58,888 nt of DNA from a virus (taxonomy: Duplodnaviria; Caudoviricetes). The notes under the pieces were generated by a model that worked only from the letters and a program-made list of their open reading frames with translations, searched no databases and had not been told where the DNA came from. Shown here piece by piece: positions 10,356-20,491 of the stretch; the first letter of the stretch is position 1, and each line of letters begins with the position of its first letter. The stretch is taken from positions 1-58,888 of the IMG/VR virus record IMGVR_UViG_3300044691_000290; one strand, written 5' to 3'. The position numbers and the translations under genes are program-made.

Positions 10356-10910
10356 ATGCCCGGCTTTGGTGCGATAGGCGTTGCCCCGATCGGTATAGGT
10401 CCGACGCAAGCGGCAACCGGGAGCATCATCCTCGTCGGGGCGCAAGGCTCTTTCGTCGAGACCGGAAAAGCGGCGACTTTCCTGGAGTTGCTTGCGGCGG
10501 CGGAAGGCGCCTTCGTTGAGACTGGCAACGCCGTTATGCTGGGGTACGCGCTCAACGGCGCGGAAGCAGCGTTCATCGAGACTGGCAAAGCCGCAACCTT
10601 CCGGGAGGCGCTGACAGCCTCAAAAGGTTCGTTCACCGAGACCGGCTTTACCGTCACGTTTTCCAGTGGCGGCGCCATTTTCGCAACCGGCCACTACACG
10701 TTCACAGGCTTTGCTGCTTCGTTTTATGAAAGCCAACTTGCCGCACTCGGCGGCCAGTACCTATTGACTGGATTCCCTTCGACGTGGTCACGAGACTTCA
10801 ACGCTTGGACCAAGGAAGGCATCCCCGCAGCACCATGGACCGTGGAGGGTGCGCCCACCTCGATCTGGACTCCCGTCAGCGCTCCCGCGCCCATCTGGAT
10901 TCGTGAATAA
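10356..10910 (+). CDS. Virion protein with internal G(S/A)FxETG repeats
   Basis: Four imperfect repeats visible in translation; abuts both neighbours. Confidence 0.6.
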   Translation: MPGFGAIGVAPIGIGPTQAATGSIILVGAQGSFVETGKAATFLELLAAAEGAFVETGNAVMLGYALNGAEAAFIETGKAATFREALTASKGSFTETGFTVTFSSGGAIFATGHYTFTGFAASFYESQLAALGGQYLLTGFPSTWSRDFNAWTKEGIPAAPWTVEGAPTSIWTPVSAPAPIWIRE

Positions 10911-12640
10911 TGCCGCTTTTGAAATGGGGAGCATGGAGTCCGGACACCGCCGACTATGAAGGCACTGCGGTACACAACATTCTGAACGTGATCCCGCGTG
11001 GCGATGGCTATGGTCCGTTTCCGTCCCTATCGCCCTACACGGCGGCGCTTCCGGGTCCGTGCCGCGGCGCTTTCTACGCGCTGAAGTCGGACGGATCGGT
11101 CGTCACGTTCGCCGCTACTGCAACGAACCTCTATCAGCTCAACAATACGAACTTCACCTGGATAAACGTATCTCTTTCAGGCGGTCCCTACAGTTCCCTT
11201 TCCACGTCGGCACAGTGGCAGTTTGCACAAACCGGCAATTTTGTCTTCGCGACGCAGGCGAACGTCGTGCTTCAAGTGTTCGATATGTCCAGCCCCACGA
11301 CATTCGTCAACGCGCTGGGCAGCCCGCCGCAAGCCGCCTATATCAGTGTCGTTGGTCGCTTCCTGGTTCTCTCTGGCCTCCTCTCGCAGCCGTACCGTAT
11401 TCAATGGTCCGGTCTCAACAGTTTCAATGCTTCCGCGAGCTGGACATCGGGAGTGAACTCTTCCGACTTCCAGGATTTTCCAGATGGCGGCCTGGTGCGC
11501 GGTGTGGCGGGCGGCGATCAAAGCGGGATCGTGTTCCAGGATCAGGCTATCCGGCGCATGGCTTACGTTCCGGGTTCGCCGATCATTTTCCAGATCGACA
11601 AGATAGCGCACGACAAAGGGCTGTTTGCGCCGTATTCGATCGTCAGAGCGGGCGAAAACATATTCTTCTATGCTGGTCAAGGATTTCACAAGATCCCGCC
11701 CGGCGGCTTTCCCATGCCGATCGGCCGCGAGCGCGTCGACCGTTCGTTCCTGATCGATCTGGACATCGGCAATTTACAACTGTTCATGGGAACGGCCGAT
11801 CCGCGCTCCACGCGCGTTTTTTGGGCTTACAAATCAGCATCGGGCGTCACGGGCGCGTTTGACAAGCTCTTGGGATACGACTTCCAACTGGATAAATTCT
11901 TCCCCGTGGCGAGTGTTGGCGAATATCTGCTCGGCATGTCGCAAACCGGCCTCACGCTGGAGAGCCTGGACGCTATCGCGCCGACGCCGCTGACGGTGAC
12001 GGGAACGGGAGCGGGAACGGGTGGTGTAGTGCGGTTGACACTCTCTGCCGAAAGCGCAGGAACGCCGCCCTACAACGGTTTTACCATCTTGGGGCAGAAC
12101 AGCGTGGAGGTTTACGGGATCGTTGGAACCACGGAAGCCAACGGCAATTTCAAGTTCAACGTGATCGATGGCACGCATATCGACCTGATCGGGACCACAT
12201 ATGCAAACGCCTATGTGAGCGGCGGTGCGATCGGCGGCTCGCTGGACTCGATGACGCTTTCGCTGGACGCCTACGCAACCGCCGTGCAGCCCGAGCTTTC
12301 GCAGTTCTCGTCGGCCCACGCACTTGGCTTCTTCCGCGGTCCTACCCTGGAAGGCACGATGCAGAGCGCCGAGCAAGGCGCGGACGGCGATCGATTGACG
12401 GTCAAGGGCTTCCGTCCGATCACGGATGCGCCTGTCTGTATGGGCAGCATCTCCTACCGTGACACTCAACAGGCGGCGGTAACGGTCGGGCGCGAGGTTG
12501 GCCTTTCGAGCCGCACGGGACGCTGCGACATGATGCGGGACGCTCGCTATGTGCGTTTCCAGACGCGCATTCCCGCCGGAATCGCGTGGACTTTCAGCGC
12601 TGGCGTTGAACCCGATACTGCCACGAACGGAAGCATCTAG
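10910..12640 (+). CDS. Tail nozzle/DNA stabilisation protein (beta-propeller type)
   Basis: 576 aa; RIQWSG, SDFQDFPDGG and PIGRERVD motifs; position between adaptor and ejection genes. Confidence 0.75.
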   Translation: MPLLKWGAWSPDTADYEGTAVHNILNVIPRGDGYGPFPSLSPYTAALPGPCRGAFYALKSDGSVVTFAATATNLYQLNNTNFTWINVSLSGGPYSSLSTSAQWQFAQTGNFVFATQANVVLQVFDMSSPTTFVNALGSPPQAAYISVVGRFLVLSGLLSQPYRIQWSGLNSFNASASWTSGVNSSDFQDFPDGGLVRGVAGGDQSGIVFQDQAIRRMAYVPGSPIIFQIDKIAHDKGLFAPYSIVRAGENIFFYAGQGFHKIPPGGFPMPIGRERVDRSFLIDLDIGNLQLFMGTADPRSTRVFWAYKSASGVTGAFDKLLGYDFQLDKFFPVASVGEYLLGMSQTGLTLESLDAIAPTPLTVTGTGAGTGGVVRLTLSAESAGTPPYNGFTILGQNSVEVYGIVGTTEANGNFKFNVIDGTHIDLIGTTYANAYVSGGAIGGSLDSMTLSLDAYATAVQPELSQFSSAHALGFFRGPTLEGTMQSAEQGADGDRLTVKGFRPITDAPVCMGSISYRDTQQAAVTVGREVGLSSRTGRCDMMRDARYVRFQTRIPAGIAWTFSAGVEPDTATNGSI

Positions 12641-12963
12641 TGACAGTCTACGTTCCCGGCACAACGGAAACCGATCTGACCAAGATCATCTTGGCCATAC
12701 AGCAGATCGCGGCGGGACGGTCGAACGCAACGGGCACAGTGACCCTGAGCACGGGCGCGACCTCGACCGTGGTGACGACGAAGCAGGCTGGCGTGATTGC
12801 GGTGGGATCAACGCCGCTCCTGACGCCCAACACGGCGGCGGCGGCAACCGAGGCAGCAAGCGGAAATATGTACGTGTCGGCGGTCGCGAATGGATCTTTC
12901 ACCATCAGCCATACCAACAGCGCGACGGCGGGGCGGACGTTCCTTTGGGCGATCTTGGGATGA
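12640..12963 (+). CDS. Small virion protein
   Basis: NATGTVTL...GSFTISH motif; coupled to neighbours. Confidence 0.65.
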   Translation: MTVYVPGTTETDLTKIILAIQQIAAGRSNATGTVTLSTGATSTVVTTKQAGVIAVGSTPLLTPNTAAAATEAASGNMYVSAVANGSFTISHTNSATAGRTFLWAILG

Positions 12964-13367
12964 CGCAGCCGGAACTGCTCTGCATCCCACCGGGTCGTGT
13001 GCGGGAAGTTTGGCCACATGTCGAACCGCTTCTCAGGTCTGCACTCGACGCCACGGGCCTCGGCAAGTTTCAGGATGTTGAAGACGACATTCTCTTTGGC
13101 AACGCCCTAGTGTGGGTCGCATGGTCGTCGCGGGGAATAGAAGCCGCTGCAAGCACGGCGCTCGTGGCGACCGATGCGGGCCTTGTGTGCCTCATCACGG
13201 CATGCGGCGGGACGGACCTGCACCGATGGCTCCCGCTGTTGAGACGCATCGAGGACTACGCCAAAGCCGAAGGCTGCAAGCGTACACGGATCATCGGACG
13301 CAAAGGGTGGATGCGCGTCCTGGACGGCTACCACTCGGATTATGTAATTCTGGACAAGTCGCTGTAG
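12960..13367 (+). CDS. Acetyltransferase-fold tail assembly protein
   Basis: IEDYAKAEGC..IIGRKGW motif; typical position before ejection proteins. Confidence 0.65.
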   Translation: MTQPELLCIPPGRVREVWPHVEPLLRSALDATGLGKFQDVEDDILFGNALVWVAWSSRGIEAAASTALVATDAGLVCLITACGGTDLHRWLPLLRRIEDYAKAEGCKRTRIIGRKGWMRVLDGYHSDYVILDKSL

Positions 13368-13382
13368 CGCGCTGCGCAAAAG

Positions 13383-13403
13383 TTGACTTTCCGCACTAGA
13401 AGG
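13383..13403 (+). promoter_or_regulatory. Repeated operator, copy 2 (no clear -10)
   Basis: TTGACTTTCCGCACTAGAAGG. Confidence 0.7.
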
Positions 13404-13414
13404 AAATTTGAGAA

Positions 13415-14356
13415 ATGGGCTCTAGCTCACAGGATACTAAGCAGTCACAGCAGTCGACCACGTCGCCTTGGGCGGAATCTAGTGGGACCACTAGCGGCCT
13501 TTTCGGCGCGTTGAACCCGCTCATTGGCAATTCGGGCCTCACAGGCGCGGAAAGCGGCGCGATCAACGGCATCACGAACATGGCTGCGGGCGGCAATCCC
13601 TATGCCTCGCAAATCGGGGCGAATGCATCCAGCCTCCTTGCAGGCGGCGGTGCGCAGAACCAGGCCGGCGCGGTGAACCAGAACTATCAGAACTACCAGG
13701 CGCAGACACAGCCGCTCGCCTCGAACACGAACTATGACCCGAATCAGAATCCGGGAACAGCGGCCCTTCTGGCGCAAATCCAAGGTGACGTGGGCAATTC
13801 CGTGAACAGCCAGTTTGCGGGGGCCGGCCGTGATATGTCGGGCGCTAACCAGATGGCCTACGGTCGCGGCATCGCGCAGGGCGAAGCTCCCGTGCTGTTC
13901 AATCAGTACAACGCCAACCGAACCGCGCAGCAGGGCGCCGCTGGCAATCTCTACAACGCCGGCAACACGAATGCGGGCATCCTGTCAGGCATGCAGCAGC
14001 AGGCGAACGCCAACACGCAAGTTGGAACGCAAGCCGCGACCGATGCGTGGAACGCGCAACTCCTGCCGTACCAGACCCAGCTTCAGGCGCAGCAAATGGG
14101 CCAGCAAATCCCGGCGCAGAATTTGGGAATGCTGGCGCAGATCGGAATTCCGCTGGCGGGGTTGGGACGCACGAGCAGCGGAAGCGGCACGTCAAATACG
14201 ACGAACAATCCCTCCTTGCTTACGCAAATCGGACAGGGTGTGGGAATCGCGGGAAGCCTTTTCGGTGCGCCCGCTGGCGGCACGTCGGCTGCGGCGGGCA
14301 TGGGACAAGCCGCCTCCGGCGGTCTCGGCGCGCTCGCGGGCCTCTTCGGACTCTAG
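13415..14356 (+). CDS. Internal virion (DNA ejection/pilot) protein
   Basis: Q/N/A/G-rich; VNSQFAGAGR motif; Gly-rich hydrophobic C-terminus. Confidence 0.7.
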   Translation: MGSSSQDTKQSQQSTTSPWAESSGTTSGLFGALNPLIGNSGLTGAESGAINGITNMAAGGNPYASQIGANASSLLAGGGAQNQAGAVNQNYQNYQAQTQPLASNTNYDPNQNPGTAALLAQIQGDVGNSVNSQFAGAGRDMSGANQMAYGRGIAQGEAPVLFNQYNANRTAQQGAAGNLYNAGNTNAGILSGMQQQANANTQVGTQAATDAWNAQLLPYQTQLQAQQMGQQIPAQNLGMLAQIGIPLAGLGRTSSGSGTSNTTNNPSLLTQIGQGVGIAGSLFGAPAGGTSAAAGMGQAASGGLGALAGLFGL

Positions 14357-14365
14357 GAAAATACA

Positions 14366-15955
14366 ATGGCTGGACTCCTCGATTCACTTTTCGGCAGCGG
14401 TAGTGACGCCAATAAGGGGTTGCTGGACTTCTTGCGCGGGAACGCGATGAACCAGCAGATGCCCTCGGGATTGCCCTCGGATACGGCGCAGTACGGTCCC
14501 TCGGCGGGGGCGCAGCCACCCGTCTTTGCGCCGCAAGCCGCCCCATCAGTTACGCCGCAGTTCAACCCGCAGCCGAGTCCGATGGACAATGCTCAGTGGC
14601 CTACTGGCCCCGTGGGTGCGCCGTCACAGGCTAACGCGCAGATACAGCCGCCCGTGCCGCAGCAGCCTCCCGCCGTCATCCCCGCGCAACCGGCACAGCC
14701 CGCTCCTGCTCCCGAACACCGTATATCTGATGCTCTAGCCAGTATCTCACACGGCGGTTCACTTTTAGGCGCCGTCCGTGGTCAGTATGATGACCCCCGA
14801 GCACAAGCCGCGCAAGTCGCGAGCATGACCGAGAAAGCGCTGATCGCCAAGGGTGTTGACCCGAGCGTCGCGCGTGCTGCCGTACAGCCTGGCAACGGCG
14901 AAGCGTTAAAGGAGTTGTTCAAGACCGCACTTACGGGGGGAACACACTCGCAGGAGACGGACAAAGACGGTAACGTATGGGATATCAACAAACAAACCGG
15001 CCAGAGAACAATTGCGCTCGCCGCGAGGGACGATAAATTCCAGCACTACGTGGTCAAGAACCCTGATGGCAGCGAAACAGAGAGAAGTTTCAACACCAAA
15101 ACGGGAGAGACTACCGGCGCACCGCCCCCACCACAGGGAAGATACGCGGTTGATCCAGAACTAACGGGTCCAGCACGACTCGATGCACTCAAGAAAGTCG
15201 ATCCAGACTATGCTCGGAGAATTGAGAGCATGGTCAATGGCGACATTCCGCTACCCACGGGAGTTGCCGCGCTAAAGCCCAACGCTGATCGAATGATCAA
15301 AGACGTGCTTGCCGTGGACGGCGCCGTCAGTGCCTCTGACTTTGCCACACGCGCGGCGACGCGAAGAGACTATGCGTCGGGCATGGCGTCACGCGTTACC
15401 AAATCACTTAATACCACCATCGAACACGCCGCCAATTTGGACGGTGCGATCGACAAACTCAAAAACTATTCGTATTTTCCGAGCCTCGCAAACTATGTTC
15501 ACGATAAAGTTGCGAACAACACCGACCCCGAATATCAAAAAGCAAGATCTCAATTCGAATCTGCGAAAGAGGCGTTCGTTAAAGAACTCGACTTTACGCT
15601 TTCCGGTGGCCATTCATCGGTCTCTGGTTCGGCTCAGTTGCGCGACAATATTCGCCGCGCCGATTCTCCGGAGGCATTGCATGCCGCTGTCCAGGAGGAT
15701 TTGCACCTCTTGAGCGCACGACTCAACTCTCACGCTAAGGGATTCGCGGAGGGCACCAAGTCGCAACGCGACGGACAAGACTTCCTTTATCCGAAGAACA
15801 AGGCCACGTTCAATCGATTGATGGGTTCACAGGACACAAGCACGGGACAACCCGTTCCGGGTGTTTCCGCAGAGCCCGCACCCGCTGCGGCTCCAGCCCT
15901 TCAACCCGGTCAGTCGACCAACATCGGCGGCATTTCCATTAAGCGGGTGAACTAG
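14366..15955 (+). CDS. Internal virion (ejection) protein
   Basis: MAGLLD start, Pro/Gln-rich N-terminus, helical C-terminus; synteny. Confidence 0.65.
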   Translation: MAGLLDSLFGSGSDANKGLLDFLRGNAMNQQMPSGLPSDTAQYGPSAGAQPPVFAPQAAPSVTPQFNPQPSPMDNAQWPTGPVGAPSQANAQIQPPVPQQPPAVIPAQPAQPAPAPEHRISDALASISHGGSLLGAVRGQYDDPRAQAAQVASMTEKALIAKGVDPSVARAAVQPGNGEALKELFKTALTGGTHSQETDKDGNVWDINKQTGQRTIALAARDDKFQHYVVKNPDGSETERSFNTKTGETTGAPPPPQGRYAVDPELTGPARLDALKKVDPDYARRIESMVNGDIPLPTGVAALKPNADRMIKDVLAVDGAVSASDFATRAATRRDYASGMASRVTKSLNTTIEHAANLDGAIDKLKNYSYFPSLANYVHDKVANNTDPEYQKARSQFESAKEAFVKELDFTLSGGHSSVSGSAQLRDNIRRADSPEALHAAVQEDLHLLSARLNSHAKGFAEGTKSQRDGQDFLYPKNKATFNRLMGSQDTSTGQPVPGVSAEPAPAAAPALQPGQSTNIGGISIKRVN

Positions 15956-18042
15956 TGGCTACTTTTGAACTCACCGGGCCGGACGGCGGCACGTATCACG
16001 TTGATGCGCCGGACGAGCATGCGGCCGTCGCGGCGTTCTCTGCGTTCCATGGTGCAAAGGCACCTGCCGCTGCTGCGCCCGCCGCGCCGCCGCCCGACAA
16101 ATATCAGCAAGCCGCGATCGATGAGCAAGCGAACCTAAAAGCGGCAGGCGGCGACGAAGGCGCCGGTTTCACGCGCAGGTTAGCGCACGGTGCGACGCTC
16201 GGCGCGGATAGCACAATCCTTGCCGGGCTACAGACGCCCTTGGAGATGATCAAGCGCGGCGTTGGTCCTGGTGAAGGCTACAACTACGCCAAGGCCCGAG
16301 AAGATCAGATCATGGGCGACGCCCGCAAGAATACGGGCGCGCTCGGAACGGGTGCGGAAATTCTAGGTGGCGGCATTGCGGGCGCGGGCTTGGCCAATGC
16401 CGGCGTGACCGCAGGACGCCTCCTCGCACCAGAGGCCGGCTTGCTGGCCCGCTCTGCTGCTTCTGCGGCGGATGCCGGTGCGCTCGGTGGTGTCTCAGGC
16501 GCCATGGAAGGCAACGGGTTGCAAGAGCGTGCGACGAATGCCCTCAAGGGCGCGGCGTTAGGTGGTGCCGTTGGCGGTGTGTTGCCGGGTACGCTCGCCC
16601 TCGCCGGAGGTGCTGTGAAACCAATCGCGAGCAATCTCAGGGCATGGCACAATCCCGAAGGCGTTGCACAGTCGCAAATTGCCCGCGCTGTTTCAGAGAG
16701 TGGTCAGACTCCCGCCGCCCTTGGCCAACAGGTTGCCGACGCAAACGCAGCCGGACAGCCGTTCACGCTCGCCGATGCCATGGGCAACCCTGGTCAACGC
16801 ATGTTGTCGGCGGTCACGCGCGCCCCCGGCGAAGGTCGTACCGCCGCAGTACAGTTCCTTGAGAAGCGGCAGGCAGGGCAAGGTGAACGTGTCGGAGATA
16901 TTGTTGACCAAGGCTTGGGCGCGGGTAACACCGCACGCCAAACAACGGATCAACTTACGCAAACTGCACGCAATGAATCTGCACCGTTCTATCAAAAGGC
17001 GCTCAACAACAAGCCGGTATGGAACGACAGAATTCAGCAATTCTTCGATGATCCAGTCACTACAGGTGGTTTGCGCGAAGGCGTAGCGGTGCAGCGCTTG
17101 GAGTCGCTGGCGGCCGGAAAGAAATTCGACCCGAACGATTATGCAATCACGCATTTCAATGAAGCAGGCGACCCCGTTCTCGGTGCGGTCCCGAACATGC
17201 GCACCATCAACCTTATCAAAAAGGGTTGGGATAATCAGTTAGAGGGATACAGGGATAGCACGACTGGCAAGTTGATGCTTGACGAAAAGGGACGCGCACT
17301 CGATGCAGTTCGTCGCTCTTTCCTCAAAGAAGTGGACGCGGTCAACCCCGACTATGCGACAGCTCGGGCTCTATACGCTGGTCCTGCTCAGGTACGCGAT
17401 GCAGTGACGGCAGGAGGCAAAGCGGCAACGCGTGGTCGTGCAGCGGATAACATCGCGCGCTTCAAAGCCCTGACCGATCCAAGTCAGCAGGGTTTTCGTG
17501 GAGGATATGCGGATACGCTCGCTGGTCAGATCGAAGGTGCCTCGCCCGGCAGGAACAAGGTTATGCCGCTATCCTCCCCCAAGCGCACGGACGAACTCGC
17601 GGCGTTGTCTCTGCATCAAGGTCCGGTACAGCCCGGCGCGTTGGATCCAATGGCGCAGCGCTTGGCGCGCGAGCAAACGATGTTCGAAACGCGCAACGCC
17701 GCGCTCGGAGGTTCAAAGACGGCAGACAACCTAAATGACCATGCTGCGATGGGCGTCGATCCCCACTTGGTTGGTCAAATTGTCACAGGCAACTGGCATG
17801 GCGCAGTGCGCTCTGTGCTCTCCGCTGGTCATACCGCAATGACAGGCAACACGCCCGCAGTCCGCGAGGCTGTGGGGCGGATGTTGCTTGACCAAGGGGT
17901 GACGCCCGCAGCATTGCAGGATGCAATCGGCAAGACGGTGGCACGCATCCAATTCGTGCAGAACATCGCGCGCAACATGGGCCGCGGCGCGGCTGGCGGT
18001 TTGGCTGTGACAGGACCGGGACAGCAACGCTCGGGACGCTAG
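15955..18042 (+). CDS. Large internal virion (ejection) protein
   Basis: ELTGPDG..Y.V N-terminus, Gly/Ala-rich segment, GGSKTA C-terminal motif. Confidence 0.7.
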   Translation: MATFELTGPDGGTYHVDAPDEHAAVAAFSAFHGAKAPAAAAPAAPPPDKYQQAAIDEQANLKAAGGDEGAGFTRRLAHGATLGADSTILAGLQTPLEMIKRGVGPGEGYNYAKAREDQIMGDARKNTGALGTGAEILGGGIAGAGLANAGVTAGRLLAPEAGLLARSAASAADAGALGGVSGAMEGNGLQERATNALKGAALGGAVGGVLPGTLALAGGAVKPIASNLRAWHNPEGVAQSQIARAVSESGQTPAALGQQVADANAAGQPFTLADAMGNPGQRMLSAVTRAPGEGRTAAVQFLEKRQAGQGERVGDIVDQGLGAGNTARQTTDQLTQTARNESAPFYQKALNNKPVWNDRIQQFFDDPVTTGGLREGVAVQRLESLAAGKKFDPNDYAITHFNEAGDPVLGAVPNMRTINLIKKGWDNQLEGYRDSTTGKLMLDEKGRALDAVRRSFLKEVDAVNPDYATARALYAGPAQVRDAVTAGGKAATRGRAADNIARFKALTDPSQQGFRGGYADTLAGQIEGASPGRNKVMPLSSPKRTDELAALSLHQGPVQPGALDPMAQRLAREQTMFETRNAALGGSKTADNLNDHAAMGVDPHLVGQIVTGNWHGAVRSVLSAGHTAMTGNTPAVREAVGRMLLDQGVTPAALQDAIGKTVARIQFVQNIARNMGRGAAGGLAVTGPGQQRSGR

Positions 18043-18203
18043 TGATGAATTGCCCAATAAATGACTGAGACCGTAAAGAGCCAACCCACCGCGTAAGCGA
18101 GAGCGCCGGGAAGTCCGGGACCAAAGATCGGTTCTTTTGGCTTCGGACGTTCCGACTTCCAATCTCGCGGTAATAACTCAATTTCAGGACGCATACGCTT
18201 CAT
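18039..18203 (-). CDS. Small membrane protein inserted antisense between ejection genes
   Basis: ATG with GAGG RBS; C-terminal hydrophobic helix (ALAYAVGWLFTVSVIYWAI). Confidence 0.5.
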   Translation of the reverse strand: MKRMRPEIELLPRDWKSERPKPKEPIFGPGLPGALAYAVGWLFTVSVIYWAIHH

Positions 18204-18945
18204 GTCTACCTCTGACTCAATCATATCCGCCGAATCGGGCGGCAACCCGAACGCCACCAACCCGAACAGCACAGCCACGGGTCCGGGCCAGTTCCTGTCC
18301 AGCACGTGGCTTGACACGCTCGCCAAGCACCGCCCGGACATCCAGGGGACGCCCGAGCAGCTTCTTGCCCTCCGTAACGACCCCGCACTTTCGCGGGATA
18401 TGACCGCTGCATATGCATCGGACAATCAAGGCACGCTAGCAAAGGCGGGGCTGCCTGTCACCCCCGGAACGACCTATCTCGCCCACTTCGCCGGCCCCGG
18501 TGGCGCTCTTAAGGTGCTCCAAGCGGATCCGGGTACGCCTGTGGAGTCGCTGCTGGGCGCGGAAGCGGTGGCTGCAAATCCATTCCTGAAGGGCATGACG
18601 GCGCAGGGCTTGCAGGCTTGGGCCGCGAAGAAGATGGGCACCACGAGCCCGGCAGCGGGGCCTCAGGGCGCGCCTACCGCCGCGGGGGCGCCATCCGGTC
18701 CGCAAACGCTTCCAGCGGGCGCGACTGCCAGCGCAGCGCCGCCCCTGCCCGCTCCGGGGCAAGCTCCTATTTTCGCTGGTCAGCCACAACAGGCGCCGCA
18801 AGGGCAGCAGATGGCGCAAGCCGCTCCCGCCGCGGCTCCCATGGCACCAATCTTCGCACCCGAGCCCGCGCCTGTCGACCTTTCGGGGCTGCGGGCCGCA
18901 CTGGCCGCGCGCCGGGCGCCTCCGCTTTTTGCACGTCGCGGTTGA
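18202..18945 (+). CDS. Lytic transglycosylase/lysozyme-like virion protein
   Basis: AESGGNPNA..STATGPGQF catalytic motif, YLAHFAGPGGA; Pro/Ala-rich tail. Confidence 0.8.
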   Translation: MSTSDSIISAESGGNPNATNPNSTATGPGQFLSSTWLDTLAKHRPDIQGTPEQLLALRNDPALSRDMTAAYASDNQGTLAKAGLPVTPGTTYLAHFAGPGGALKVLQADPGTPVESLLGAEAVAANPFLKGMTAQGLQAWAAKKMGTTSPAAGPQGAPTAAGAPSGPQTLPAGATASAAPPLPAPGQAPIFAGQPQQAPQGQQMAQAAPAAAPMAPIFAPEPAPVDLSGLRAALAARRAPPLFARRG

Positions 18946-18971
18946 CTTTCCGCATTAGAACGAATTAGAAT
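18942..18971 (+). promoter_or_regulatory. Repeated promoter/operator, copy 3
   Basis: TTGACT-ttccgcattagaacgaat-TAGAAT; contains the TGA stop of the upstream gene. Confidence 0.8.
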
Positions 18972-18983
18972 GAGGACTTAACA

Positions 18984-19955
18984 ATGGCTTTTTGGTCTTG
19001 GTCGCGCGTTGCCAATAACAATGCAACCGCCGACACAACGATTAACTACCAGGAGGGTCAGGCGCCTTCCTCTCTCAACGACTCGGCTCGTGCCGCCATG
19101 GCACGTTTGGCCGAATATCGCGATGATATCAGCGGTGCGATCGTCACAGCCGGCACTTCGACTGCGTACACCGTCGCGTCTTATCAGGGGTTCGATACTC
19201 TCGCCCACACGGACAAGCAGATAATCGCCTTTACGCCGCATGTGACTAATGGCGACACGGTGACACTAACGACCGATGCGCTAGGTACCAAACCGCTGCG
19301 CTCGGCGCCTAGTGTCGAATTGATCTCCGGAACGATGGTGCAGGGTACGCCTTACACCGCGCTCTATAACAACACAGACGGCGCTTGGTATCTGCACGCC
19401 TTTTATTCCAGCCCGTACAATGTTCCGTTTCTGGGTGGCCTCGATTATTGGGATACGGTAACCCCGAACAGCACGTTCATTTTTCCGGCGGGGCAGGCGA
19501 TCTCGCGATTGATCTATTCGCGAGCCTTCGCGCGGTGGGGAACGACGTTCGGCATAGGTGACGGCTCCACCACTTTCAACGTCCCGGACAAGACGGAGCG
19601 TGTTTCCGTGATGAAGGCCGCGGCGGCGGCGCGGCTAACGTCCACCTATTTCGGCGGCAACTCAACGGTAATCGGAGCGGTGGGCGGCGGCCAGACTTCG
19701 GCGCTGACCTCGGTCAATCAGATGCCACCCTATACGCCATCGGGCGGACTTGTCGGCGGTACGAACCAGATACCGACGACGCCGATTGGCGTCAGCACAA
19801 CTTCCAATAACGTACCCGTTTGGCAAGCCAGTGGCTACGGTAGCGTCCCAATCCTCAGTGAACCGACATTCCAAGGCACGCCCGTTGGCGCAAGCGCCCC
19901 GTTTGGCGTCGTGCCGCCTACCATCGTCTGCAATTATATACTCCGCATTATCTAG
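18984..19955 (+). CDS. Tail fibre protein with collar domain
   Basis: EGQAPSSLNDSARA N-terminus; GQAISR..Y and GDGSTTFNVPD collar motifs; CNYILRI end. Confidence 0.85.
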   Translation: MAFWSWSRVANNNATADTTINYQEGQAPSSLNDSARAAMARLAEYRDDISGAIVTAGTSTAYTVASYQGFDTLAHTDKQIIAFTPHVTNGDTVTLTTDALGTKPLRSAPSVELISGTMVQGTPYTALYNNTDGAWYLHAFYSSPYNVPFLGGLDYWDTVTPNSTFIFPAGQAISRLIYSRAFARWGTTFGIGDGSTTFNVPDKTERVSVMKAAAAARLTSTYFGGNSTVIGAVGGGQTSALTSVNQMPPYTPSGGLVGGTNQIPTTPIGVSTTSNNVPVWQASGYGSVPILSEPTFQGTPVGASAPFGVVPPTIVCNYILRII

Positions 19956-20235
19956 CGGAGCACCCATTTGTTGGGCGCTCCATACCGGCCCATCAAGATC
20001 GGAGGCGCTGAAAGATGGCTGCGATTTGCGCCATCCGTCCACGATCAAAATTAGGACTTCTACCGATCTTGCCCACTTCTTTTCGGCATAGAGACCTGTG
20101 GTTGCGTCCCTTAATTCGGCACGGAGAACATTAACGAGAATATCGACTTCGGCGGCGTCAATCATTCCATCATTCCCATTCCAATTGCCGCGCGAACTCT
20201 ACACCCCACAACACCGACGCGCAAGCGCCACATTG

Positions 20236-20264
20236 TTGACTTTCCGCATTAAAACGGCTAAGGT
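20236..20264 (+). promoter_or_regulatory. Repeated promoter/operator, copy 4 (before lysis cassette)
   Basis: TTGACT-ttccgcattaaaacggc-TAAGGT. Confidence 0.8.
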
Positions 20265-20272
20265 ACATTCAA

Positions 20273-20491
20273 ATGCATCTAATCCCCAACGTTCGCGCCG
20301 ACATTCACCGTCTTTGGACCATTCGCGTCGCCTTGTTTTTCGGGGTGCTGAATGGCGCCGTGCTGGGTTTGGCGGCCTTCGTGGACGTGTTCAATCCGTG
20401 GCTATTCATGGGGCTTAACGTGTTCGGGTACGCGTTGCTGGCCAGCGTGCGGCTCCTGAAGCAGGTAGACCCTGTGGGGGAAGCCAAGTGA
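20273..20491 (+). CDS. Holin
   Basis: 72 aa, two hydrophobic helices, immediately upstream of endolysin. Confidence 0.7.
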   Translation: MHLIPNVRADIHRLWTIRVALFFGVLNGAVLGLAAFVDVFNPWLFMGLNVFGYALLASVRLLKQVDPVGEAK

